A stretch of 62,298 bases of DNA, counting the filler, from Sluysia triapertura (lineage: Eukaryota), in the NCBI GenBank assembly GCA_046118255.1. It is 5 parts of 5 records of this genome, joined end to end, with 100 filler letters (N's around TTAATTAATTAA, not from the genome) between each part and the next. Parts side by side here need not be neighbours in the genome. Positions count along the whole stretch, not along the records: positions 35,587 to 46,953 come from JBJNIA010185513.1; positions 47,054 to 62,298 come from JBJNIA010233785.1; 3 more parts are not named here. One strand, 5' to 3'. Positions 42,253 through 54,300 of the stretch are shown here, in pieces. The position numbers were made by a program, and so were the translations under genes. Position 1 is the stretch's first letter, and each line of letters starts with the position of its first letter. A model generated the notes under the pieces. That model was not told the origin of the DNA, searched no databases, and saw only the letters and a list, made by a program, of their open reading frames with translations.

Positions 42253-43694
42253 TATTACCGTTAAAGAAACAAAAGATGAAGTTTAACTTGACAATATAAA
42301 GCACATTATTGCAATTAAAGTTATATTTATTAAAATAATAATAATAATACTAAAGGTAATAATAATAATAATGATTATAAATCTATAGGTTTCAAAATAA
42401 TTGTGAAATAATATATTAGAAGCAGCTTCAATAAAACATTAATTTGTAAACGAATGGAATATAAATATTGAGGTAAACATATCAATCAAATATAGTTTTA
42501 TCGAAATATCTTGCTGGAAACAAAGTCTTGAAAGAATTCGTTAATAAAAACTTACGAATATAAAGCTTAATTCTGAAACAAAACGAAATGATTGATTGTT
42601 TGTAGTGACACTTTATTACATATGATTCGAGAGTAAAGTATGTATTATCATCAGTAAATTAAAACATTTGTACAATATAGAACATACTTGCATCTAGTAG
42701 GGACTCGAATCGCACAAGCATCATTATTATTCGATGTTAGAAGGGCTTTCAAAATATTTGTTGTCTTTTGAGAGTATATTATGAAAGATATTATAATATA
42801 ACATAACCCTAGAGGCTGATAAATAGAACTGTAACATATTATTTAAAGACAATGAATAAAGACGCACATTGTAGTTTAACAGTTTCAAATACAACGATTA
42901 GCCATTTATCATAATAGGACGTAAAATATTCCTAAGTTTACTGATCACATTCGAGAGAAGAAAAGAAGAATAAAAATCAAAAATAAAAATATATTTCAAA
43001 AGTTCGACTAAAAATTGTATAAAAATAACATCTGATACAAGAAAAGTATATACTGTATTGAATATTAAATAAAACATTTGATAAAGATGGGATTTTATAC
43101 GTTCTTCCTTTAAATTATCCATTGAATTGACACTTTTAACCATTTAAGTAACTTCCGCGACAGCCGGGTTTTAATAGACGAATAACGCTTATTGTCGCTG
43201 CGTTATTTATTTTTATATCAATTGTATATATAGTAGATGATAAGATATTTTAGATTTGTTAGTATCACGCCTACTCTGTACTTAGAATTATGTTTATCTT
43301 TCATTATTTTTCGAAGTTAGTTATTTTTATATTATGGGTACACCATCAACTTCTCGCGATTCTCTCGCATCAAAGTATCCGCAAGGCGAAAAAGAATACT
43401 TGAGTGAAATAGTGATAGCAGTGACATTGATGAAGAAACAGTGATCGGCATTTTTACTTGGCGAAATGTGAACAATTTTACAACGGATTTTGTTTGCTAA
43501 TATTTCTTGAATAATTCTTTCTTTACGGAGTCTTCAAGATAGAAATCCTCCAGTAGAAAGTTTTTCGCTATATTCAAAAATCAGATATTAATTTTAATTT
43601 CACTTAAGTTATATAATGCTTAAAATAGATAATCTTGCGTTTTTTAAATTTATCACAATACTTCAAAGAATAAATGTTTTGCAATATATATCGA

Positions 43695-43763
<69 letters not shown>

Positions 43764-46069
43764 GGTTTATTACTTTGCTTTAAAATCGGTTATCAAAAAC
43801 TTGTGGAAATTATTTTATTTAAAATGTTATAATCTTTGTTCATCTTATAAGGTTTGTCAAAAATGTACAACTTTTGCTCAACGCATTATTAAAATTATTT
43901 GTAAATCTTATAAATTTGTATTTATTTCAAATTCAAATCAAGTTATAATTCCAAACTGAACTGATATCTAAATTGATGTCTATTTAATTTAGTGGACAAA
44001 TTAATCCGTCTCTATAGTCATAGTTAGACGTACGAAAAATTTCTGTATGAAATTTAAAATCTATACTGTACTCAATAAAATAACGAAAAGTTAAGTAACT
44101 ATTTCTAAATTAAATGAAGTATATTAGTAAGACTTTGTGATTGTTTGAGACCACATGCGATTCTGTCAATAATTATTATCGATTTTAATTTTAACATTAT
44201 GGTAACTAACTTATGGATCATGCAATAGAGTCAATTAATTGTTATACAAAGTAATTTAGTAGTAAATAAGTGAATGTTTAAGCCGATAGAATTGAAGTCA
44301 TTATTAAATTAAAATAATTGAAGTTTTTCGTCATTCTAATCACAAATCTGCCAAAAACTAAACAAACTATATAAAATTTTTGAACTTTTAATTAGTAAAA
44401 ATTTATGAAAACTTCACAGATGCTATAATTGCTTTATTCTTATTAATAATCCGCTAAATTGAATTCTGACGCGATATATGAAATGGACTACAGAAATTGA
44501 GATACTACTATCCAAATAATATATCCTACATTAGCTGGTTTTCTTTTGAAACATAGTCAGTCTACACTGTCATATTGTCACAATAAGTTTAACGTAACCA
44601 ATCAATTGAAAGTAATGGAAAATGAAATTTGATTAAACCAACTACAACTTCCAAGGACGGTTGTGCCTATATAAATTTTATTTTCATTTTGTATCCAAGT
44701 TCGAACATTTCTGAATTTTTACAAAATATGCATAAACGAATATCTTCATGGTTGGGCCAATATATAAATGACGCGACGTGTAAAAAATTCGGACGAGTCT
44801 ATTGGAGAAACTATTAGAAGCGCTTAAAATCTTTGTTAATATCTGTAACTGTTTCAGATACTGAAATTAAATTACATTATCTTCTAATCATTTACTAATA
44901 TTGTTCGTGTTAAGTTTAATTAGTAAAAATGTCGTCTACAAGAACAAATGCATATTCTAATGGAAAATGTTTATACTGTGTATGAAATTCAAAACATTCC
45001 TTTCTAAATTTTGTTACTGCATTTCTATCATTTAAAACTGCTATGTAAATGTTTGATTTCTAATTTTAAAAATGTATCTTTAATTTTATGTTGCAAAAAC
45101 CATTTAGATATAAAAGGTCTATAATCGTGCATCGGCTAATTTAATTAATTTTTTATTATGTTTAAAATTAATACTCATAAACTTTGATACATACATAACG
45201 TAGAAGATGGTAAATAATGTAAATATTTATTACATAAATCAAAGTCAGGAATCAAAATTAAAATTTGTAACATAAAATCTCTTATAGTATTCTTAATTTG
45301 TAGGATAACTTCTGAAATTCGAATACAACGTATACCCTCGGAAACCTGCGTAATTATCAATTTGTTTAAATAAAACGGAATTAAGTGTTAGTTCTAAATT
45401 TAGCATTATTACTAGTATATGATGTTGATATACTAGTATTTGTAAATTGATCTGAAAATAACTGGATAAAATTATTGTAATGCTCGTCGACGAAATCTTG
45501 TTCTAAAACTGATTCCAAACGAAAATCTTCATCAATTTTAAGTGCTGCCTCTTGCTAGTGAATTCTATTCGCATGACATAAGAAGTTAATTCGATGTGAT
45601 GCCACTTCTCTAACTTTTTGTTTGTTCTTTGATGAACTTCACGACGGGATCTTTTGACATTCTTATTCTTGTCATTTTCATCATTTTCCTATGCCACAAT
45701 TTGGATTGGGGGGAGTATTTCAGCGTTAAACTCTGAATTTGTCTTTTCATTATACTTTTGGGATTCTGGTATTTGTTGTGCCATTTTATCAAAGTGCTTT
45801 TATTTTTCTTATTATAAACACATATTCAATGAGACAAATGCTAAAAACTAAACAAATTATATAAAAAATTTTTCATTAATCAAAAAATTAGAAAAATTAA
45901 TTGAACATGCCCAAACAAGACGTAAATAATCCAATATAAATATTGCAGATGAATTTAATAGTTTATAATCAAGTAGAATTTTTTATAACCAATTTGAAAT
46001 AATTGCAATTGAATTTGTATATAAACCAGATAGAATAGTAAGAAAATAATTGAAATAAATTACAAATAG

Positions 46070-46131
<62 letters not shown>

Positions 46132-46907
46132 TTATTAGTCTAGTTTTGGAACGATTAATAATTATAGATTGTATATTTTATTATTTCTTATCAAATAATA
46201 AGGAATTATTTTAATGATTCGAAATATATTTAATTAATTATTATGCACCAATCATTTTTGGAATAAATGAAGTTTTATCATAAAAGATTAATCATAAAAA
46301 CATTAATTTTTTTAAAAATCATGATATTTTATAAATTCTTACAAAAAGGACATCAACTAAAATAAATGTCTTTGAAATGTGACGGGCTGAACAGAACGCA
46401 TGCTGATAGGACTAACAATGAGCTAATAGTATTTATGTTAGTGTGGGATGTTGACCTAGTAGAATATTGTGAAGTATTTTGAATAATGATGAATGCAAGA
46501 CAAATTAACTAGATTAATTACAATTGGAGTTTGTCACTTTTGGTTCATAATATCTACCTAGGTTTCATTATTCGTATATGTAATCATGTAACTATGTATA
46601 ATTTTCTCTATTTATGTACTGCGCTTTGTAATAACTGACATCGTGTGGATTTTATTATTTATTGTCATTTATCATTGACAGATTAATTATTGATAAAATA
46701 AATATTCACAATCTCTGTATTAAATAAAGTCAATCGCAAAACTAAATAAAATGACAGATTAAGGATATGGAGAAGTTCCAAAACAAAATTGTCTCTATTC
46801 ATTCAATTTGTATCACAATTAAATGTGATTTTTTTAATTTGATCGAATTTGTTTAAATTCGGTAATAATCAACACGTCTATCCTTATTATTATTATTCTT
46901 ATTATTC

Positions 46908-46953
<46 letters not shown>

Positions 46954-47053
46954 NNNNNNNNNNNNNNNNNNNNNNNNNNNNNNNNNNNNNNNNNNNNTTA
47001 ATTAATTAANNNNNNNNNNNNNNNNNNNNNNNNNNNNNNNNNNNNNNNNNNNN
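46954..47053. other. Artificial contig linker
   Basis: N44-TTAATTAATTAA-N44. Confidence 0.97.
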
Positions 47054-47199
47054 TTTACCTTGATTAAAATATTCCCTATAGTTATCTTGCTGTTTCAATT
47101 CATCATAATGCCTCAACTTGATTTTTTAATAATGTTCCACTGACACTGCAGTCCCAAGTTTTGACCCTTCTATCAACCCTTATTCTTTACTAATCCCAA

Positions 47200-48890
47200 C
47201 AATATATCAAATATATTTAAACCTTTTAAAATATCACCGAATAATTGTCGTGATGCATTTGAAACTGGATACATAAGCTTAAGCAAGGGAGATAAATTAA
47301 GAATTAAAAATAATGAGAAAATAATTTACAATATTAGAACAGCGGGTAATGATGATGACTGTACTTGCGAAAGAGGATCAATAGAATATGAAGGAAGAAT
47401 TTATCACAATGTTGTAGCTCAAGAAACATACGTAGTAAATCTAAAATCTTTTAATGAAAGTTTCAATTTAGAAAAAGGTACTATGACGTCCAGACCTTTT
47501 TGCAGAAGCGACCAAACAAGTTGTGACACTGGTGAATCTATATTAACATACGAATTGGAAAAATACCAGTGCCCATTGATATTCTTAAAACAAATTAAGT
47601 TTAATTTAATTTCAGGATTTATGTACCAAAATGAAAATGAATTAGCAGTAGAAGAAATAAATAAAAAACAAATTTATAAGGATAATTTGCATATAACTGA
47701 AAGAAAAGACTTCATGAAATTGAAACTCCAACAATTTTAATGGCAAATAAAGAAGAAGAAGTATTAATATTTGTTTAAAAGAAATTAGTAATTAGATGTG
47801 GACAAGATATCACGGAAACTAATTATCAAGGAATATATTTATCCGAAAAGACAATACTTCAGGCTAAAAAGGAATAAACACAAAGAATTTACAATTAAAC
47901 ACTTACTTTAATAACAAAATTAATTTTTATTATCAAATAGGACTTATGTCATTAGAAAAAGTTTATCAAGCCATGACAGTTAGAGATTGCCAATTAAATA
48001 AAGAAATATTAAGAACTAAATTAGCTGTAGCAATAACTAACCCAGACTTAGTAACACCATTACTTCCATTAGAAGGAGTATTTGGTAGATTAATGGGTGA
48101 AGTTCTATATAATACCTATAAATGTAAAAAAGTAGAAGTACAAATAAGACAAGAAAATGAATGCACGAATGAATTACCGATAACATATAAAAACCAAAAT
48201 ACTTATCTAGAACCAGTTACAAGAATTATTATGCCAACTAATAAACTTAAACCTAAAACACTACACTGCTCTAATGTGATGGCTCCAGAATATAAAATCG
48301 ATGATAATCTTTGGATATCGAAGTCAAGTTAAAACTCCAGAAATCATAGGTTTAACAGAGTTAAAAACAAAATTAAAATTTTCAGCTATAAAAAACATTC
48401 CAAGATCAGGAATCTATTCAAATGAAGACATCCAAGCCGCTTGGCATGAAATCTTATTTCCAATTAAAAGATCTAAGGTAATAGTAGAAAAAGATGGTAA
48501 AATAAGTTTTAAATTATTGTTAGGACCTGACCAATTTAAGAAAGCCGCACATAATACCTTAAAACAAATTTGGGGAAATTTCTTACTAATAGGACAAGCT
48601 TTTCAGGTTTGATAAGTATATATGTAATAATTAAAGTAATTGCACTCATAATTTCTCAAGTATTTTCAGTAGTAGGTATTTACAAAATATCAGGATTTAC
48701 ATGGAAATTGATAATTGGATGTTTTCCATTTTTAGCTAAGTTCTTGTTACATCATCATGCACATGCTCAATTAAATGCCTTAAAGAAAGAGAAAAAACAG
48801 ACTGAAGATATTGCATTACAAACAATAAATATTGAACCAGTTACTGAAGAAAAACAAAGTTTATATCCACCACCAACAAGAAATCTAGTC
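47200..48890 (+). pseudogene. env: Chuvirus-like / gB-type (class III) envelope glycoprotein, frame-broken and 5'-truncated
   Basis: Cys-patterned ectodomain: ISPNNCRDAFETG...AGNDDDCTCERG...YHNVVAQ...FCRSDQTSCDTGE...RCGQDITETNY...YFNNKINFYY...LEKVYQAMTVRDCQLNKEILRTKLAVAITNPD...GRLMGEVLY..YKCKKVEVQIRQENECTNELPITYKNQNTYLEPVTRII...CSNVMAPEYKIDDNLW...SGIYS. It is followed by a hydrophobic anchor (FSGLISIYVIIKVIALIISQVFSVVGIYKISGFTWKLIIG) and a charged tail ending SLYPPP. Confidence 0.78.
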
Positions 48891-48929
48891 TACGTGATAT
48901 GTGCTAATAATAATTATAATAGTACACGA

Positions 48930-49250
48930 AGACCTATGGTGGACATGAGAATCAACGGAAGAATGATATCTGCATTAGTCGATACAGGAGCGGTTGCTTC
49001 ATTAGTAAGTGAATTAGTATTAACTACAAAGGATTTAAATAATTTAGCGAAACAACATTCATATTTAACAGGAATAACTGGAGATGAAATTGAAATACTG
49101 GGAGTATTAAAAATATTATGTGAAATCGGACAAAACAAGATTGATATAAAATGTAGAGTAATGAGAAAATGTCCAGAAGATATAATATTAGGTATGGATG
49201 TACTATCGCAACTAAAAGGAGTCTCATTAGATTTTGGTAAAGCAAAATTA
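48930..49250 (+). CDS. Retropepsin (aspartic protease) domain within ORF 48570-49640
   Basis: PMVDMRINGRMISALVDTGAVASLVS...LTGITG...DIILGMDVL. Confidence 0.9.
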
Positions 49251-49639
49251 ATGGATACTTATACAGATAGACCAAATGATGATGACGATGTAATATTGGA
49301 AGAACCACGTTGGTTATTAAAGAGAACAGAATGTATAATACCAGGTAAAACAAACAGCTTAAGAAATGGACCAATAATGTTTATAGCTTCAGAAAACAAT
49401 CAAGATAAATTAAACATAGGAATTGCGGATTCAATATGTAGGATTAATGAAGGAAATATACCCATAAGAATAATAAATTATTCAGACGAAAATAAACGGC
49501 TTTATTCAGGGACTAAATTAGGAAAAATAGTCAGTTATAAATTACAAACACAAATAAATATGATATCAGATAATGAACCAAAAAATAAGAACATAAATCT
49601 ACAAAGAAATATTGAAAACGATGATGATTATGAAGAATA

Positions 49640-50454
49640 AAAATAAAGAATAAAAATTTAACCAAACAACAAAAAGAAATATTATATAAAATTATTTACA
49701 GATACCTTTGGGAAATAGCAAGAAATAAATATGATATTGGAGATTCCGTCATAATAAAACACGAAATTCCGTTAATAGAAGATAAAGTGATTAGAAAGAA
49801 ACCTTATAGAATTCCATTGTGTAATCAACAAGAAATGAAGGATCAAATAGATACTATGAAAAAGGCTGGAGTAATAAGACCAAGCTTCTCTCCATTTTCA
49901 TCACCAGTGTTATTAGTTAAGAAAAAAGATGGAACTATGAGATTCTGTATTGATTTTAAAGAACTAAATAAAATAACAAGAAAAGATGTATTTCCATTAC
50001 CAAGAATCGATGAAACGTTAGATAAGTTAGGAAATGCTAAATATTTTACAACATTAGATCTTCAAAGTGGTTACTGGCAAAAAGAAATTGCAGAAAAGGA
50101 TAAACACAAAACAGCTGCTTTTTCATGCGGAAATGAGTTCTATGAATGTGAAAAGATGCCGTTTGGGTTAACAGGCGCAACGACAACATTCCAGAGATGT
50201 ATGAATTTAGTTTTGTCAGGATGTATATAATGGTTTATATCGATGATATAATAATACTTTCTAAAGATTTCAATACTCACGTAGTTGATATTGATAACAC
50301 GTTAAAAAGGTTGGAAGTAGCAAGATTAAAAATTAAACCAACTAAATGCGTATGGGCTGAAGAACAAGTCGAATTCCTAGGACATATAGTTTCACAGAAA
50401 GGCATAAAACCAAATCCAAAAAATATAGAGAAAGTTGTAAAATTTTCAACGTAA
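49640..50454 (+). pseudogene. pol: Ty3/Gypsy reverse transcriptase, frameshifted near 50220 and truncated before RNase H
   Basis: KHEIPL..IRKKPYRIP, IRPSFSPFSSPVLLVKKKDGTMRFCIDFKELN, FPLPRIDE, LDLQSGYWQ, MPFGL, VYIDDII, KC...VEFLGHIVS. Confidence 0.93.
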
Positions 50455-51325
50455 ATTAAGGAATTAAGTTGAATTATGCGTTACGAGCACATACTCCACA
50501 TCTTAAGTTCTGTACGCTAACTGAATCATGCTAAATTTTTTTGCCGTTTGTTAGGAATAAAAAACAACAGCATTATTGTTAAGACAAATAAAGGATGCTT
50601 ATTCAAATAGTTTATTCTAATTCTTTATCCCTATATTTCGGAAATATTTCAACTAACATTTCGAAAAAAAATAATGTTTTCATTTCATTAACTTAAATAT
50701 AGCTTTTTGTTGCAGTATCTTTTCATCTATGTCGCTTTTTGTTCCATTCATGGCGTTTGAAATTTTAAATTTCTTTAAGAACTTACATGATACGTTTATC
50801 GAGTTATTTTTAGCTTTTGCGAACTGTGAGCATATTATGTCGACTTAATTTTTTTCACCAAACATATTATATGCACAATATTGTCAGAATTAGTTTGTAG
50901 TCAAATTTAATTCAATGTAAAAATTAACTCTGGGCCTCATTTTATTAATTTAAAGGATATGTATTAATTTTTTTATTATGAGCTTTGTTTTAATATTTTA
51001 ATATAAATTATAATACTTTATATTAATATTTTTAAAGTATCTTAATAAAATAATTTGAACAATAATTTAATTAAATTCCATTAAATAAAAATACTTTTTA
51101 AATGTACTGCATTTTATATAAAATGTTTAGGGTGTAATAACATACTTTATAGATAATTTATTTTTAGCATATTGGTCATATTACTTTTTATTTATTTTTC
51201 TTTTAAATTTTAAAGAATCATTTATTTAAATCGAAATTATAGATTTATTAATTAAAAGTCTAATCGACAAAAAAATTGATATTGAATTCTCAATATTTTA
51301 TTTCATTTTGTATTTTTAATTTAAA

Positions 51326-54300
51326 ATGTCAGACGAAAATCAGGATATCAATAATTCTTTCGATTATGAAAATGCTTTGGCTTTTGGTGATGCGAGTACC
51401 CCAATTTTTATACAATCAGATCATTTAGGTTCCATAACTTCTACTGAAAGTAAAGAAAGTGACCACTTAATGCTTTTGGCTGCAGCTGCAGTAAATTCAA
51501 GTCCTGATGAAAGTTGTAAATCTTCACATTCTGACGGTCAGTATATCGGTAACTATGATTCACAGCATTTTTCTATTCATGATCCCCCTGTTATTCGTTT
51601 AAGCCCAACAAGTCCTAGTAATATTTTTCGACAAAATTATGCAAATGATAATATCCAAGGTCAGTTAATGTTATAAGATTAAAAATTACATTTTTGACTT
51701 TTTGTAATATTTTATCCTATTCAGATATTAATGATTACAGTACAAATAGAGAATGGTTTAATTCGGATATTTTTGTCAAAGTATGATTAGTTAATGTTAA
51801 CTTTTATTTTAGACTGATGAATCTTCTCCCGATAAACACAAATTAATCAATAATGCTTCGCTGAATAAAGAAAAAATTGACAGAAATAATTTAAAAAGTA
51901 TCAATAATTCGCAAGTAAATAACGAAGAGTTGAAACATAAATTTTTTAAAAAGAAAACGCATTTCGATTTGTAATAATACGTCGAATATTAATCATCCAG
52001 AATCAGGAATTATTTTTACGAATGAAAATAATGAAAATAATAGTTCGAATCGAATGAATAATTGTAACAAAGAGAAAATTTACAAAAGGTGCAATAGATA
52101 TAATAAACCAAAAACAATTATTAATTCATTAAATACTTCATGTAACAGTTATAATGGTTCAACTTCTAATGATATTAATGCTAATTTATTAAATGTTGGA
52201 AATTCACAAAGTGATATAATATCAAATTCGTCAATTAACTCTCCAAATTTGATGCTTGAATCCACTAATACTTCAAACAATGTCAATGAAATGGTAAGCT
52301 GCTTTAATTTCATATCTGTATGGTAATAATTTGTTTTAATAAAAAAACAGCAAAATGCGTGTTCAATTCAGAAAACAAAAAGAATTATAAAAGTTTTGAA
52401 TAAAACAACTTTTGATAATTTGTTACAAACCAGTTATAATTACAAAAGTAAATCGAATTGTTCGCATGCATTGCATCAAATTTTTGCATAACCCTTAAAA
52501 GCATATTGTAAATCTGCGTCATAGTTTGTCCAAATTTCTTATAAAATGACATAAGAATGTTTTAGGTAATCATCCACTTAAATGTTACTAAGTGAAAGCT
52601 TATTTGAAAATTAAAATGAAGTTGTATAATATATTGTTTTTGTTTTAATTAATATTTAAGTTAGTAATGACAACAGATAGCAACAACACTTTTATATATT
52701 AATCCAATCAAATTAAGACATTAGTGTTTTTTCACTTTAATTCAAAATTTTACTGCTTAATAACTTCGTTAATTTTTAAAAATTTTATAATGATGCCAGT
52801 AGGCATGTAATTTTTAGTTCTCTCAAATATGTAGAGAAATGCGGCATTAAAAATTAACGTGTATTAATAAATATATCGCAATGGCTTATTTGCGTAGTTC
52901 TCTGTTGTGAATTGACATTAACTATTGAAAATTTAATCTTTTAAAATAGATTGTTATAATTCTAAGCTTTTGTTTTGGGGATGTATTACTATTATTATAT
53001 CATTATGAATAATGTTTTTGTAATACACTTTGAATTTATGTAACATCAGAAACTTCAATAGTGCCTGTGGCGTAAAAATTGTTCGAACTTAACCATACTT
53101 TAAATGAGTTATATAAATAATACTTAAAGCATATTTTTCTTACAATTTAAAGAAAAATTTTAATAATAATCATAAACCTTAAACTCATTTTTGGATATTT
53201 ATTTATTTTAACCTTTATATTATTATTATTCTTATTCTTATTACTATTATTATCATAAAAATACAATAAGTTTCCTAATAAACTTAAAACATTGAACGAA
53301 AATGAAATATTTTAATGAAAAGTGCCTTATGATTAAATGAAACATAACTTTAAAATTATTCTTTTTCTCGAATTTCACATCATCCATTTTTATTTAAACA
53401 AAATGGATGACTGAATGTTCAATATTTTCACAGAAGTTTTGGATTGTTATGTAATACAATTGACATTTTCGATTTTTGTTAAAATTGATAATTCTAATAC
53501 AGTTAACTATAATATTTATAAATACGGTTCACACGCATCTACTTAATCGTGCTATAAAATCAAAGAGGAGAAAAATAGGTGAATTATCGCAGAAAATGAG
53601 AATTATTTTAAAAATAAACGTTATGTTAAATGAGGTATATACATGCTTCATATTGACATGTATATATTCTTAAATTCAAATTAAAACGATGTTTAAACTT
53701 AGATTTTAAGCATGAAGGAAATAAAACTGTGCGTTACTGTTATTTAAATGAATAAAAAGGGAATTGCTAGTAGGTTAAGACTTATGCGTTTAATAAGGAA
53801 TAAACACAAGGTATTAAAATAGTAATTATTTTCTTATAGAAATTCGAAAATGATGCACGTTTCATTTTGATTGAACAAATTAAAAAGTAACATCTTTTGA
53901 AATATTAAACATAAAAAATTTAATATAAAAACGAAAAAAGACCGTGTTTCGAAGCAACATGTGAAGCATAATTATTTCATAAAGTGTAAAATGTTTAATT
54001 TTTGCCTAATGCAACAAATACACTAGCGTATATTAGAGAATAGAAAAAATACAAGCGAACTATATAATTTCACAATATTTTCTATCAATACAAGTATTCG
54101 TAAATTGTTCTAAAAACAACTTTTTGATTTACAACTTCGTTTTAAATGTAGCCTAATAAAGATTTTAAATTAATACCAGATTAATAAAAGAAAATTTTTA
54201 ATTTCAGTATTTTATCGAAAGGTCGATGGCAGATTCTTCCAATATTTCAGTAAATTTAAATGAAAATAGAAATTATAGAAACAAACCAAACGATTCTAAT

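Larger units (their letters stand above)
47200..50454 (+). mobile_element. Truncated Ty3/Gypsy-type retroelement with Env-PR-RT gene order
   Basis: Continuous purine-rich coding-like sequence: glycoprotein, then aspartic protease, then RT. Broken by several frameshifts and a stop. No gag, RNase H, integrase or LTR is visible. Confidence 0.88.

Noticed and set aside
43150-43560. Possible piggyBac 5' end with an acidic N-terminus (SENSDSSDIDEE)
   Set aside because: No DDD core, clear TIR pair or TTAA duplication found.
46378-46710. Possible solo LTR (TGTGA...TCACA with AATAAA)
   Set aside because: No target-site duplication and no second copy in the window.
47054-47195. Minus-strand peptide (KIKLRHYDELKQQDNYREYFNQGK) as an inverted piece of the retroelement
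   Set aside because: Too short and has no diagnostic motif; only the composition switch at about 47195 is certain.
48914-49374. Minus-strand ORFs 48914-49138 and 49024-49374
   Set aside because: Antisense shadows of the protease ORF.
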